A DNA stretch of 64,000 nt from Schmidtea polychroa. Lineage: Eukaryota. Location: contig CM097885.1 in the NCBI GenBank assembly GCA_044892525.1, forward strand, positions 6,512,001-6,576,000. Direction: 5' to 3'. Each line of letters begins with the position of its first letter. Positions within the stretch are counted from its first letter, which is position 1. This document shows positions 52,537 through 64,000 of the stretch, in pieces. Both the position numbers and the translations under genes were made by a program. The notes beneath the pieces are model-generated. The model was not told the origin of the DNA and ran no database searches. It saw only the letters and a list, made by a program, of their open reading frames with translations.

Positions 52537-53889
52537 GACTAGATGAATTTATTATGCAGTTTTTAAATTTATAATTAGAAGATATAAGAAGACAATCGAA
52601 GCCACAAATATCAAAATCCCACTCAAGTGCTGCTGGTGTTGTCATAGAAACCAAGGCCATGTTTCCAACCAACAAATAAATCATTCTTGTTTTAATTTTG
52701 TTGTTTGATAATAAATTGATTTTTTTGTATTTCTGGCTTTAAATTCTAATCACCGTGGTAACTGGCATTTATTGGATAATTAACTATATACATTTATTAT
52801 TAAGCATTTACCTATAGTTACGGTGTTAACATGATTTGTGATCCCCTTTTGTGGTCATCTTTCGTCATGCCGTTCTCATTTGTGACGTTCTGTTTGATGT
52901 TGCACAACCTAATGTAATAAGTTACCTTGCTACACCCGTTTGCGAAATACAACATAGCCTATAATCTAAAAAAATCAATAAATATATACACCAACCGCCA
53001 ATTGATTATCATTGATTATTACATATTTAATAATATAAATATTAACTTACTTATAATAAATGTATGTGTGTCATAGCAAGAAGGGACATTCAATTAGCTA
53101 GGTGACATTAAATTAGCTATTACACTATAGAAAGATAGAAAAAATCGCTGTTGGAAGAAAAATAAATACATACAAACACGGTTCTATAATAAAAAATACA
53201 CGCTATAGGACATTGATTTATCATGCGGACATTCAATTAGCTAAATATTTTCCATTTAAAATTAATTAATTATAAAATAATATACAAGAATATGTCAGAA
53301 ACTTCATCAGAATCGACTATTTCATTTCAAGAAATTCATAGATGAATGCTCTTCAATAGATGGACGAACAAGAGCTTCGGTAGATCACGAGTAGACAATA
53401 GAATTTATAACAATATACCAACAAATCGAGGTCTTAATTTTCAAAGATGAGCTAATCCATTTACAATAATATATCTTCATTGACTATTAAAATAGAAAAG
53501 TTGCCATATAATCCATTTTTGATCCCCATCGAAAGTGTTAAATTAAAAATGGGGTAAAGACTAAAGTTTCTTCAGTTGATGGATGTTCCGGACAGATTTA
53601 CCTTCAATGAATGATTTACTGCAATATCCCAAGCAGTTAACGAGGAACTTCGAAAACCAGATCATAATAATATCAAAAATCATATTAATAATCATATTAA
53701 AGATTCTTACCTGAATACTTGATATTTTAGGTAAACTATGAAAAATTTAATATATATTATAATAAATAAATAAATATCTTACTTCTTTATTCATTATTTT
53801 AAAAAAAATCTTATAATTAACTAAAATCCAAAACAAAGCTTGTTTGATATAGCTAAATGAATGTCTCATTTATGATAATCAAATGCACT

Positions 53890-54060
53890 TTGGTGTATTA
53901 TAGGAACACACAAACTTACCTGTGTGTAAAAATTTAATGCTGCGAAATTTAACATATTTATTATAGGAATCTAAAAAGTGAGAGAAAATAATTAAGCATA
54001 CAAACACAGCACACATAATGAAAAATACATACAAAATTAAGTAAAGTGTTTTTTTCTGCG
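53890..54060 (+). mobile_element. Penelope-like element 5' fragment
   Basis: Similar to the reverse complement of 9020-9150 (acaaacttacctgtgtgtaaaaatttaatg...cacagcacacataat). Confidence 0.65.
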
Positions 54061-54534
54061 AAATTAACATTGATTAACATATAATTAATATTTTCAAATT
54101 ATTTAAAAAGTTATGCACAAAAACTTTTAAATCAGATTCTGACTGCTCTACCTTGAACTTTAGAGAAAAAGAAGAAAATACATCATAAGATTTAATTATA
54201 AAATAATTTAGAATATAAAATTTCTTTAGATTTACAGATATTGAAGAATGTCCTTCGACATCTTTGAATTTGCAGGAAAAAAATCGCAAATCGTAAATTT
54301 TAATAAATTATTTTAACAAATTAATATTTTCATAGAATTACAGAAAAAGACAAAATTCGAAAGAAGATTACAAAAACTTAAAAAACTATTTTATCCATTC
54401 TTTCATAAATGTCCTAAAAAATAAATGTTTGGTGATTACTTTATTTATTTATAATTATAAAAATATCTAATTTACATTTTTACGAAATAAATCCAAATAA
54501 AATATCATAAAATTCGTAAAAAATTTTTCATTAA

Positions 54535-54767
54535 CCCTTTCGCCCCTATTGGGACAATACGTCCCAGAAACTTTCATCATGATCCTACTGGGATATTTTC
54601 AAAGCAATTTGCGGTGTTAAAGTTTATTTATTATCCCAGGACTTTCTAGGATATTCAGAAGCGCCACGATTACAAAAATGAGAATATTTCATATTTAGGT
54701 CAATATTAACAAGTTCCAATATATAAATTTAGCATAGTGTCATTAGCGGAAAGTCGGTGCGAAAGGG
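54535..54767. mobile_element. piggyBac-type MITE, 233 bp
   Basis: TTAA|CCCTTTCGC ... GCGAAAGGG|TTAA. Confidence 0.85.
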
Positions 54768-56239
54768 TTAAAGAAAGTTTTTTCATGAATTTTTTTCATT
54801 ATATATCTTTTCTCGAAATCCAGAATTTGTTTTCTTTTTTATATATTTTAAATTAATGTAATTTACGTCATCACGACGCTGAGATAGGTTCAAGAAAGAT
54901 GATTCAATAACTTCACTCAACCTTTGCCGATAGAGACGGTATATAATACGTGCATTTTGTTGCGAGAAAATCTAGCATAACCATGACTAATAACAAAACG
55001 TCTCGCAAAGTAACGTCGAATATTGTTATTTGTAAATAATAAATGCTTATTTAGCTCGTGCCTGTAATTGGGTCAGCGCTGTAAAAATATCAAAGTTTTA
55101 TTATTAATTACACTGACCAATTACGGCATAAGTGGGGAAATTTCTCGACCCTTCATTCTCTGAGGCTTTTATCTGTCATTCCTTTGGTTAATGGGCTTGG
55201 AGCGCTCGCAATAAACATGGTTTCTTTGCTTCTCTCGACTTTCGCTCAGTGTCTCTGACTGTAGCTTGTTGTATAGTATTCATGCATTGTATAAATATGG
55301 TAATGCCTTGTTATACTACTAAATAAATATAAATATGTTCATAGATCCTTTGAGCCTGAGCTTTGTTGTAGGGCTTATGCTTAGTAAGTTCATTTACAGT
55401 TGTCTAAGTTTGATTAAAATTGATCAATAATAGATTCAGTATTAGTGTTTTGGAGGAAGTCCAGTAAGGATAAGGGGATTTTGATTGTAGTGGTAAGATA
55501 GAAGTAGAGTTATGAAGTGATGTTAGGATGGTTTTAGTAAGGATGGTGGAGGAGATTGATTTCAGAGAATAGGTAGTATATAAAAACTAGAAGTTCAAAC
55601 AAGAGTAATGTGGGTTTAAGTGTACTATTGGTATTATACTGCTGATAGGCAATTTTGAAACATAAAAAACCTAGTAAAAAAAGACAAACAAAGCAGCATA
55701 AAGTGCCCTAGAAGTAGTCTAATATAAAAATGAGAAGGTCTCTTTCTCTCAAAATATTTTTGTCAAGTGGATGTGGCACAAACTCCGTTTGCACATCAAC
55801 TTCTGTAAAAGATAACGCTAGCATAATTAGCATGCACTAAAGAAAATCCCCAATGAACACATCGGTGTGCCACAATGACCAGTGTAGATAGGCACTCACC
55901 TAAACTGGCTAGTATTTAAGTCAAAGCATTCTTCTCTTTCGCATTTGATAATAAATCGAAATGTCTGAACCAAGAAATTTACGAAATAACGAACTTGGCC
56001 TTTATCAGAAAATTTTGAAAGAGGTAAGAGATGTGGATATATTTGATGTTTAAATTAATTTTAACTTTAAATTTTTATGTACGAGAGTTAACAACAGTGG
56101 TATGATCGAAGCCAAAGGAAAACCAATGAGTGAGTTTTTTTCGATAAAATGTGATAAATTCATGTCATTGAAATTATTAGACCTGGAGTGGAGAACTTGT
56201 GGCCTTTAGGCCGCATGCGGCCTACGGAGCTTTATCGAA

Positions 56240-56930
56240 AAATTATTAATTAATAATAGTCCGGCTGAAATCGGCAAGTGTAGCTGAAAATATTTATCGC
56301 CCTTAGGCAAAACAGCCTCAAAATCAGCATATACAACAAACGGAGGAGTCACAATCTTAGACCAGTCTTTAAATATCAAGTTCTTATCGGAAGGTAAACT
56401 ATACAAAGTTGTATCTAGTTGGTTTTTCTCACCTAATGCCTGATGTTTCTTAAAAGCTTCAACCATTCTGAATCCATTCAAGCATCGTTCACACCAAATA
56501 CTCTGAATTCTAATATTTGAAACAGTATTACAATTTAATAGCCTGTCAAGATTAGTAACCGATATGTAATGAAAAGAGTCACTTTCTCCAACAATATTAA
56601 ATTAATAGGAATTCTACCTACAACTTTAGACCTATGTATGACATCTACAAAAGGATGTTTCAATACTTCCTTATCATTAACCTTTATTAAGTCAAATTCA
56701 TCATACGAAAGAACATTATTCGCATATCCAGGATTTTTAGCCTCAAATTTTGGGATATTGCACAATTTCATTGGCAAATCAGTAGAATCAAAGACAAGAC
56801 CTGATGGATTATAACTAGATGCAAAAATTGGCAAAATTACAAGAATTTGCTCTAGACGATACAGTGGTAGTTTAGTGTCTAAACATAAAACAAAACGCAA
56901 CTAGAAATGCCACTGATCCGTATATACATA
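56240..56930 (-). mobile_element. Polinton protein-primed DNA polymerase B fragment
   Basis: LPMKLCNIPKFEAKNP..NV, INLILL and PFVVYADFEA motifs; frameshifted. Confidence 0.75.
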
Positions 56931-56949
56931 TTATAAGAACTTTTTTTAA

Positions 56950-57350
56950 TTTTCACTACCTCTACCAGTCGAATACCAAATCTCTCCATTGTATCTACAT
57001 CCCCAATGAAATCTGGACGTATATCTTTGACAACTATAACATTAATAATTCTTTTTTTCCCATTCCAATCAGCTTCTATCGTCATTGCTCCTAACGGTCT
57101 TTCCATTCCCGTCGAAAATACTCCACAAAGAGAAATTGTGCTCTGCTTCAACCTCGGCTTCCCAATCTTTGTTCAACTTTTTTCACTCATAACTGATACT
57201 GACGCTCCAGAGTCCCAAAGCATGTCAATTGCCGTCATGTTTATTACAATCTTACTCCACTTTCTTCTGTCTGTCGTCTCATACATCTTCTGCATCATGT
57301 CTTCATTTCGCTTCTTTCTACTGATTATTGTGTCGACCCCACTGACGAAA
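56950..57350 (-). pseudogene. Ty3/gypsy aspartic protease (pol 5' end), truncated
   Basis: MLWDSGASVSVM in the -1 frame relative to gag; internal TGA; pol is cut at about 56950. Confidence 0.85.
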
Positions 57351-58488
57351 TGAAAGCAATGGGATCGTCATTGTTTTTTGGTTTATCCATTGATTTTTTT
57401 ATCGTTTCTTCGTAATTACTGTATAAATCTTCTGTTAAATCACCATTATTTCTTTCGTGATCTTCTTCGGAAATACATGGCACTCTCTTCTGATATCCAT
57501 TTCTATTTTTAAGCAAAAAACAATCTCTGAATCCATGACCTTCTTTTCCACAGATTAGACATTTGTCTTTCATAGGACATTCAAAACGCCGGTGCCCTTT
57601 TTCTCCACAACAAAAACACTGACCTGGTGTCAGTTTCACTGGATGAGGCGAATCTCTTCCTTTGCTCTCATTAAATAACCTTCTTGCAATATCTTTAAGC
57701 GATACTGTAGGTATTCTTCTCTCTGGTTCTCCTGTCTCATATCGTCCTCTATACCGCTCATTTTCATTCTTGTCTTCATTTACAATTGGTACAAACCAAC
57801 CATTACCAGGTCTATTCCTCTCATGATTAATCTCTCGGTGTTCGTCGCGTTGATGTGCAGTTGTCTTCACAATTGTTCTTTGGTCTCGTCTACCCTCGAA
57901 TTTACCATTTTTCATCACTGATGCGTAAGAGTCTCTTCTTATGGCATCAATATTGAATTTATTGTCATTCGTCATCTCGATCTTCTCCTGAATTTTTGCC
58001 ATATCCCTGGCATCTTCAAAACTTGTCACTTTCCCTGATAAGAATATTTCTTTTACTCTATCGTCTTTCGCTCGGTTTGAAATAATGTCTCGAACAATCT
58101 GTTCATCAGACATTCCAGGGCTAAATACACTTTTAACTAAACTTCTTACTCGTATTTCGAAGACTTGGAATCTTTCATCTCTTTCTTGCTGAATTTGAGC
58201 TAGTTCCACAATCTTGTTAGTAATGGTTTTCCTTACTGCAAAAGTTTCTATAAACCACTCTTTTGCCATTTCATCGGTCATCTTCGCTATTTTCGACGCT
58301 TCCCATAACATCGATGCCGCATCTGTCAACAAAAGATCCAATGCGTCTACTAGACTTTGATCTTCTATTCTCAGCCATTCCATAATATCCTTTAGCCAAA
58401 GTTCGGCTTCAGATCCAACTTTTCCGTCAAACTTTCTTACATTAAAATTTAGCATCTCACGTGCTTGTTTTGACAAGGAATCTAACAT
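57325..58488 (-). CDS. Ty3/gypsy Gag, 387 aa, intact ORF
   Basis: KFDG..AELWL capsid-like region, IQQ.RDE MHR-like motif, two CCHC knuckles (CFCCGEKGHRRFEC, CLICGKEGHGFRDC). Confidence 0.9.
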   Translation of the reverse strand: MLDSLSKQAREMLNFNVRKFDGKVGSEAELWLKDIMEWLRIEDQSLVDALDLLLTDAASMLWEASKIAKMTDEMAKEWFIETFAVRKTITNKIVELAQIQQERDERFQVFEIRVRSLVKSVFSPGMSDEQIVRDIISNRAKDDRVKEIFLSGKVTSFEDARDMAKIQEKIEMTNDNKFNIDAIRRDSYASVMKNGKFEGRRDQRTIVKTTAHQRDEHREINHERNRPGNGWFVPIVNEDKNENERYRGRYETGEPERRIPTVSLKDIARRLFNESKGRDSPHPVKLTPGQCFCCGEKGHRRFECPMKDKCLICGKEGHGFRDCFLLKNRNGYQKRVPCISEEDHERNNGDLTEDLYSNYEETIKKSMDKPKNNDDPIAFISSVGSTQ

Positions 58489-58525
58489 ATTCTTAGTTCC
58501 TTTCTTTTTCCAATCGCATTGATTT

Positions 58526-58542
58526 CCTTGGCGTGGTCGCCA
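58526..58542 (-). promoter_or_regulatory. Primer-binding site of the gypsy element
   Basis: TGGCGACCACGCCAAGG, 4 nt after the LTR end. Confidence 0.75.
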
Positions 58543-58546
58543 GTTA

Positions 58547-59385
58547 TGATGTCCTCAACTTCTAAATTCATAAAATCAATAAATCAATAATAAATGCAGT
58601 TAAAATATATTTTCCAAAAACACGCTAAAAACAATATTATTAAAACAAACAACTTTTCATAACTCACAATAATAATTAAAGTACAAAATTATTCCGAGGG
58701 AAACTGGTATAGGCGGATGCCAAACGATGAGACGAGTTCAAATATAATAAAATAAAATCTATGACGGTGTCGAAATAGGAAATAACTACCAAAATAAAAA
58801 TGAATAATTTATTGGAAAACGCGAACAGTGTGAGAAACCAAAGTGATTAACAAAATTATTTAATTAAATCGCGTCAAATTGAGGGAATGAAGAAAGCCAA
58901 AGATAAAATTGAATCAGACAGTATTAAATAATTAGGCAAAATTACTATAAAAATAAATGAATTACCCGAAAGCCTGAAAACTTCAAATTGAAAACAAATT
59001 AAGTTGGTGTAGGGAAGCATGGAGAGAAAGACACCAAAAAATGAAATATTAAATTTGATTGGTAAAAAATGTAATTACAGGGCTAGCATAAATTGAGAAG
59101 GCAAGTCAACAGATCTGTCAGGCGGTCGAAGAAACATTTAGCGAATTCAAATGGCAATTAGAAACAGTTTTGAACTGAGTGATAACCAAATTAATTTGAG
59201 TCTTTGTGTAATAGAAATGAGAGATCGTCATTGCAAATCTTATCCCAATGCCAGGATGCAAATTGTGTAGAAATAAAAGTGTCAATGAAATTGGAATTTT
59301 GGTATAAAATTGTGTAAACAAACAAGAATGTAACTGAGGTGATTTTGAATACAGATTATTAGGTTAGGTTTAAGTAAGGACATCG
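58547..59385 (-). mobile_element. 5' LTR of the gypsy element (about 840 bp)
   Basis: Inverted termini tgatgtcct ... aggacatc(g), adjacent to the PBS. Confidence 0.65.
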
Positions 59386-59839
59386 AGGAGTCAGATATTG
59401 ATACCGACTTATATAAATACCAAACATTTATAGGAATTCAATTACATATTCAACATTTCCAAAGTAGCCACGCCCATCAATGGCTACAAAGAAATAAATA
59501 GGAATGAATTGAAATGACAATGAAGGATAAATATCGGATGCAATTAGATTTCGAGGTTGTTGTAGTGGAATTGAACAGGTAATTATAGAGAACCTACACC
59601 TGGGCACATAGTTATGAATAAAAGACATAACAAATCACATAATAATAATTAAAGGGCCGAAATTATTTATCTAAACATTTATTTATATCATACAGCCGTC
59701 CTCAACAACGCTGACAGTTCTGTTCTGGATGTACCACAAATCCTTGCAAACAAAAGGTCATTTTATAGTGGAATGAAGAAAGAGAAAAGAAAAATGATGA
59801 CAAATGGTGCTGATGTAATAAAAATGAGAGCAAAGTATA

Positions 59840-60050
59840 CTTAAACTTGAGAACGATTCCCATTCATCTTCAAAAGAGCAGGAAAACGTTTAAAGTGAAT
59901 GCTTTGCTCGAGGACTCAAGCTCAGTAATTTACATTAGTGGTCGAAATGTTGATGAACTGGGATTAGATAGAGAAGAAACAATTGTGCAGATGACCTTGC
60001 TGAGGAATGAATTTAGAGCACTTTCGGTAACGCACAAAGAGGTATAGGGT
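59840..60050 (+). mobile_element. BEL/Pao aspartic protease fragment
   Basis: LRTIPIHL...VNALLEDSSSVIYI resembles BEL LRTVPV...NALLDDGS.TYI. Confidence 0.6.
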
Positions 60051-60108
60051 TACTTTATCTGCAACCCACCAGTTGATAAAAAGGATGCATATGGACTATG
60101 AACTAGAA

Positions 60109-60829
60109 CAGGAGTGAGCAAATACTTTTAAGCACGGGCCAAAATGAAATTTTCAAAATGTCTCCCGGGCCGGAGAACTATACCGCCTACGCTGTTCACA
60201 CGCGAATGTTTTGGGTGGAGTTTTTTTCCTGCCCAAGAAATTGTCTAACTTGGGTGTACATGCGAACAATTTGTGCCAGTAAAATATGTGGATATTAATT
60301 ATATTAAATTAATGATCATTAAATAAAACAGTTAATGACAGATTTTATTTTGTTATTTATTTATATCTTAATGATACAAAATATTTAATATTGATACATA
60401 GTTATTACATTTTTATGTTTATATTGCATTTTGTAAATAGAAAAGACAAACATCAAACGTTAAAATAGAATACTTATAGTTAATGCGAAACGTGATCTTA
60501 AAAGAAATGACGACGAGTATGTGACCAGTGCTAAATCAAAATAAACAGTACGCGTGCTGTGACCTGTCATCCCTTGAAGAGTACACGTTCAATTTTATGT
60601 AGTCAGCCAACCACGCGCTTTGTGAATATGTTGCATACATTAAAATTTTTTCTGTTCAAAATTATATTACTGTCTATTATTTACATGTACACTACGCACA
60701 CTAAAACTGTTGATTTCAATAAAAACGTATGAAAGAGATTTAAAAAATTGCATGAGGGATTTTTCAACGGGCCGGATGAAATAAGCAAAAAGCCGGATAC
60801 GCCTGCGGACTGGCTTATGCCCACCCCTG
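60109..60829. mobile_element. Non-autonomous hAT element, 721 bp
   Basis: TIRs caggagtgagca / tgcccacccctg with perfect 8-bp TSD AACTAGAA. Confidence 0.9.
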
Positions 60830-61393
60830 AACTAGAATATGTAAAGGAATACTCAGATCCATTTAAGTATTTCACTTCAGCTTGTTCATGTAAATAATAA
60901 TATTAAAATGATGAAAGGAAATGACGAGATCAAGAGCCCTTAGAGCTCGATGAACAACTCAATATTTCCCTATCCCTAGGCAGCACGTAATTCCCTGTAC
61001 CCAATCGCCTTCACCCTAAACTCTTAGATACAAATCCCACCACTTGATTTAGAAGTTACTGTTAAAAACAAAGGAATATGAAAAGATTGACATTTGTTTC
61101 AAAAAATTCCTCATTTGTCACAATCGAGGTATTTTTAGCAAATTTGTCTACTGATAAATTTATCAGTAGATAATATTTTCTGAAATGTTTATTATCCATT
61201 TGTTAAAAACGTTCATATAGCTAATTCAACACGGCTCCAAAGAAGGATTTACACGTATAAATAACCCAGTTGATAACCAATAACCATTCAACTCATTCAA
61301 TCAAAACAATGAATAAATAAATTTCAAATCGAAAGATCAGAAAACATCTCTAAAACTATTTTTACCAAAAAAACACGAATAAATCTCATTAAA

Positions 61394-61890
61394 TCATGAG
61401 GCTGGCTCCTGCAAAACTGATTTTAATCCGGCCTTTTTCAATTCTTCCACAATCGCACCAGATTTGTGCAACTCCAGCATGATGTCGCAACCACCTATAA
61501 ATTCACCATTGATAAAAACCTGAGGAATCGTTAGCCAATTTGAATATGCTTTAACTCCTGCTCAGATGTCTTCATTTTCAAGAACATTTATAGATCGATA
61601 TCGTTTAATCTCATGCATTTGAAGAATAACTGCATTACTAAATCCACATGCTGGCTCCTCGGGAGTACCTTTGATAAATATAACCAATGAGTCAGATTTG
61701 ACCATATCATTGATATTATGGTGAATGTCTTCTTTGGAACAGAATTTTGCCGAAAAAACTAAATTAGATCCATTTTGAAAAATATTCTAAATGAAATTAT
61801 TATTAATAATCCTTTTACAAATGGAATGACAACTTTGCTGAGAGTGTTAAATGTTGGTGACTTGATTAAATTGAGAGCTCTACTAAGCAT
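61394..61890 (-). pseudogene. GLRX5: Mitochondrial monothiol glutaredoxin 5 pseudogene (exons 61890-61834, 61786-61394)
   Basis: [29 protein letters not shown], 47-nt intron. In-frame TGA at 61562-61564, apparent 2-codon loss after NAV, WPT changed to WLT. Confidence 0.9.
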
Positions 61891-62088
61891 TAAAATAAAA
61901 AAAAATCACGATATATTAAAATTTTAAAAATTTTAAACTTTAAAACAATTAGAAAAAGTTCATTTGTGTTTTCTATAATATTTAGGTTTTTTAAAATTTA
62001 TGATAAATAAACAAATAACATAAAAATTAAGCTTTAAATTAAAATAAATTATTAAATTAAAATTTTGTTTATAAAATATTTACAAAAA

Positions 62089-62706
62089 ATGAGTGGTATT
62101 CAAGGTTTTTAATATTTTATTTTAACTATTTAATTAATATTTCAATTTAGATTCAATCAATTCTATTCAAGTAAAAAGGTTTATTAAATTGTATTAATTA
62201 TAATTATTGTTTAAGAATTTTACAATGGAAACAATTCCTTGCGCAATAAAAGAGTTAGTTTCAACTGATTTAATCGGTGATTCGTTGGTTAGAAATAATG
62301 TAGAATTAAATTCGGTCAGTTCAATTTAAGACATTCAAATTTCTTTATTCCTTCAATTGATTTAGGTTTCCATTGTTGGTATTATTATATCTAAAACCCC
62401 TTCAGAAGAATCTACAAAATTTACAGTTAGTGATGGTTGTGGGTCTAGTATTGTTGTCAATACACCTCATGTAGCTCAAGTATATTTTCTACATCGTAAA
62501 TATTTACATAATTTAAATAAATATTTACATAGAATATTGATCAGTTCGGTTTAAATCAATATGCGAAATTTATTGGAAAAGTTAAAACAATCGATGAAAC
62601 TAAATGTCTAGATTCTACCGAAATATTACCGATGACTTTAAATGAAGTAACGCAGCACAACCAGAGCGTTATTAATGAATGTAAGATTTTATTAAAAAAA
62701 AAATAA
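62089..62706 (+). CDS. RPA2/STN1-like OB-fold protein, 140 aa, possibly truncated; exons 62089-62104, 62151-62170, 62216-62314, 62366-62479, 62533-62706
   Basis: Four GT-AG introns (46, 45, 51, 53 nt) give an open frame: IPCAIKEL..VSIVGII..FTVSDGCG..YAKFIGKVK..PMTLNEVTQH. Confidence 0.75.
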
Positions 62707-62819
62707 TAATACTTGTGCATGTCTATTTCCCATTATAAAACTTATCCTCTAATATTATTTGTATCAAGAGGAGCGCGTTGACGTATATTAATAATTCGAA
62801 TTCAAATCCTGAAGTATAC

Positions 62820-63490
62820 GATTCCGAATCCCAAAACATGCTTGGTAAAGGAATGCAATTATATGGGCTTAATTCAAATCCTTCTATAAAACTCTCAAAA
62901 CAATCTGCATGAATATAAACATCCAATTATGAGTATTCATCGCTATATTCTCCTAGATTTTTACATGTGAAAAATTATTGAAAAGCGCTTTCATACTCTT
63001 CAGGTCTTTTATCCGACATGTTTAGTATTGAATGGAATAAATCTATTGATGGTAATTCCCTTTTTAATAGATATCCCATGAATCTACAAAGTCATATGAT
63101 AAATTCATTTTCGTAAACAAGTCTTGTAGTCTTGCTAATGAATTATATACTTGTTCCAAACATTATTCATTGTATTGACAAAGTCTTTTAATGTAAAGTT
63201 CTTGGATATTCCATCTAAACTTGATACAGTGAATCAATAAATTTTAAACATCCAAAGTCAAAACATTTATACTTTTCTTTTGTTTTATCTATAACCTTGA
63301 AAATATTCTTGGCATTCTCTGATAACTTTTTTATGAAAAAATGTCCATCATGTCCAAATAGATTATGGAATATTATTGGAATGAATTTAAGCGATTTACT
63401 ATTAATATTACAAGTTGAATGAGCAGATTCTCTATATAGAAATGATCATGATTTATAACCCTGTCAGTGATGATATGTTTCACAAATTGT
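62820..63490 (-). mobile_element. Polinton DNA polymerase B fragment
   Basis: YRESAHSTCN...IPIIFHNLFGHDGHF, LKFIDS, LSPYN..PLPSMFWD; decayed. Confidence 0.8.
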
Positions 63491-63502
63491 CATTCTCTAA
63501 TG

Positions 63503-63570
63503 CAGTGGTTCTCAATTAATATAAAACCGCGGAACACCATTCATATGATTTTTTTATGCGGAACACTGAC
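63503..63570 (+). mobile_element. hAT Charlie-type terminus
   Basis: cagtggttctcaa followed by gcggaacac subterminal repeats. Confidence 0.5.
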
Positions 63571-64000
63571 AAAAAATACTTGCCTACAATCAGTGACCAA
63601 TCACATATTACTATAAATCTGTCATAAACGTAAACAATGCCTTCTGATAAGCAAAGAAAATACCACGCGCAACAATAACAAGCAATAAAAACACTTCTAT
63701 ATCTGTGTAACGGCTTTCTTATTGAATCATCTTATAAAATAATTAATTGAGGTTTTTGATGATTTGTATCTTAAATGCAAATTTAAAGATAAAATGTCAT
63801 TTATAATTACTGTTAGCATTATTAATGTAACGATGAATTTATTATCATTGAACCATGATTCCCTACTTTCTATTCCTATTGCCTCATGGAATGTCATACC
63901 CAAGTGAATATTCATATTTTATGTACAACCTTTTCTAATATGGTTTGAGCCATATTCCCTCTCCTAGTTTGATAATTTCTACTACATTTTCTGGTCCTAA

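Overview
AT-rich eukaryotic DNA with long (AAT)n tracts and 42-53 nt introns. This resembles a triclad flatworm (planarian) genome, which is an inference. The window is dominated by a direct segmental duplication (1-14077 vs 30639-46145). Each copy carries a piggyBac 5' fragment, MITEs, a decayed Penelope-like retroelement and an apparently intact 4-exon TRAF-like gene (RING, 2 zinc fingers, coiled coil, MATH). The two TRAF paralogues are almost identical except in the MATH exon, which differs in dense, largely non-synonymous patches and includes a 21-bp in-frame repeat expansion. This looks like a rapidly diversifying ligand-binding gene array. The spacer between the copies holds a GC-elevated decayed ORF resembling an RNA-virus capsid, split by nested hAT transposons. 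It also holds a chuvirus/gB-like envelope remnant and a Polinton/Maverick remnant with an adenain protease in a foldback structure. The right part holds hAT and piggyBac elements with TSDs, Polinton PolB fragments, a Ty3/gypsy LTR-PBS-gag-protease, a BEL protease fragment, and a head-to-head pair of a GLRX5 pseudogene and an RPA2-like gene. All calls come from reading the sequence by eye; no searches were run.
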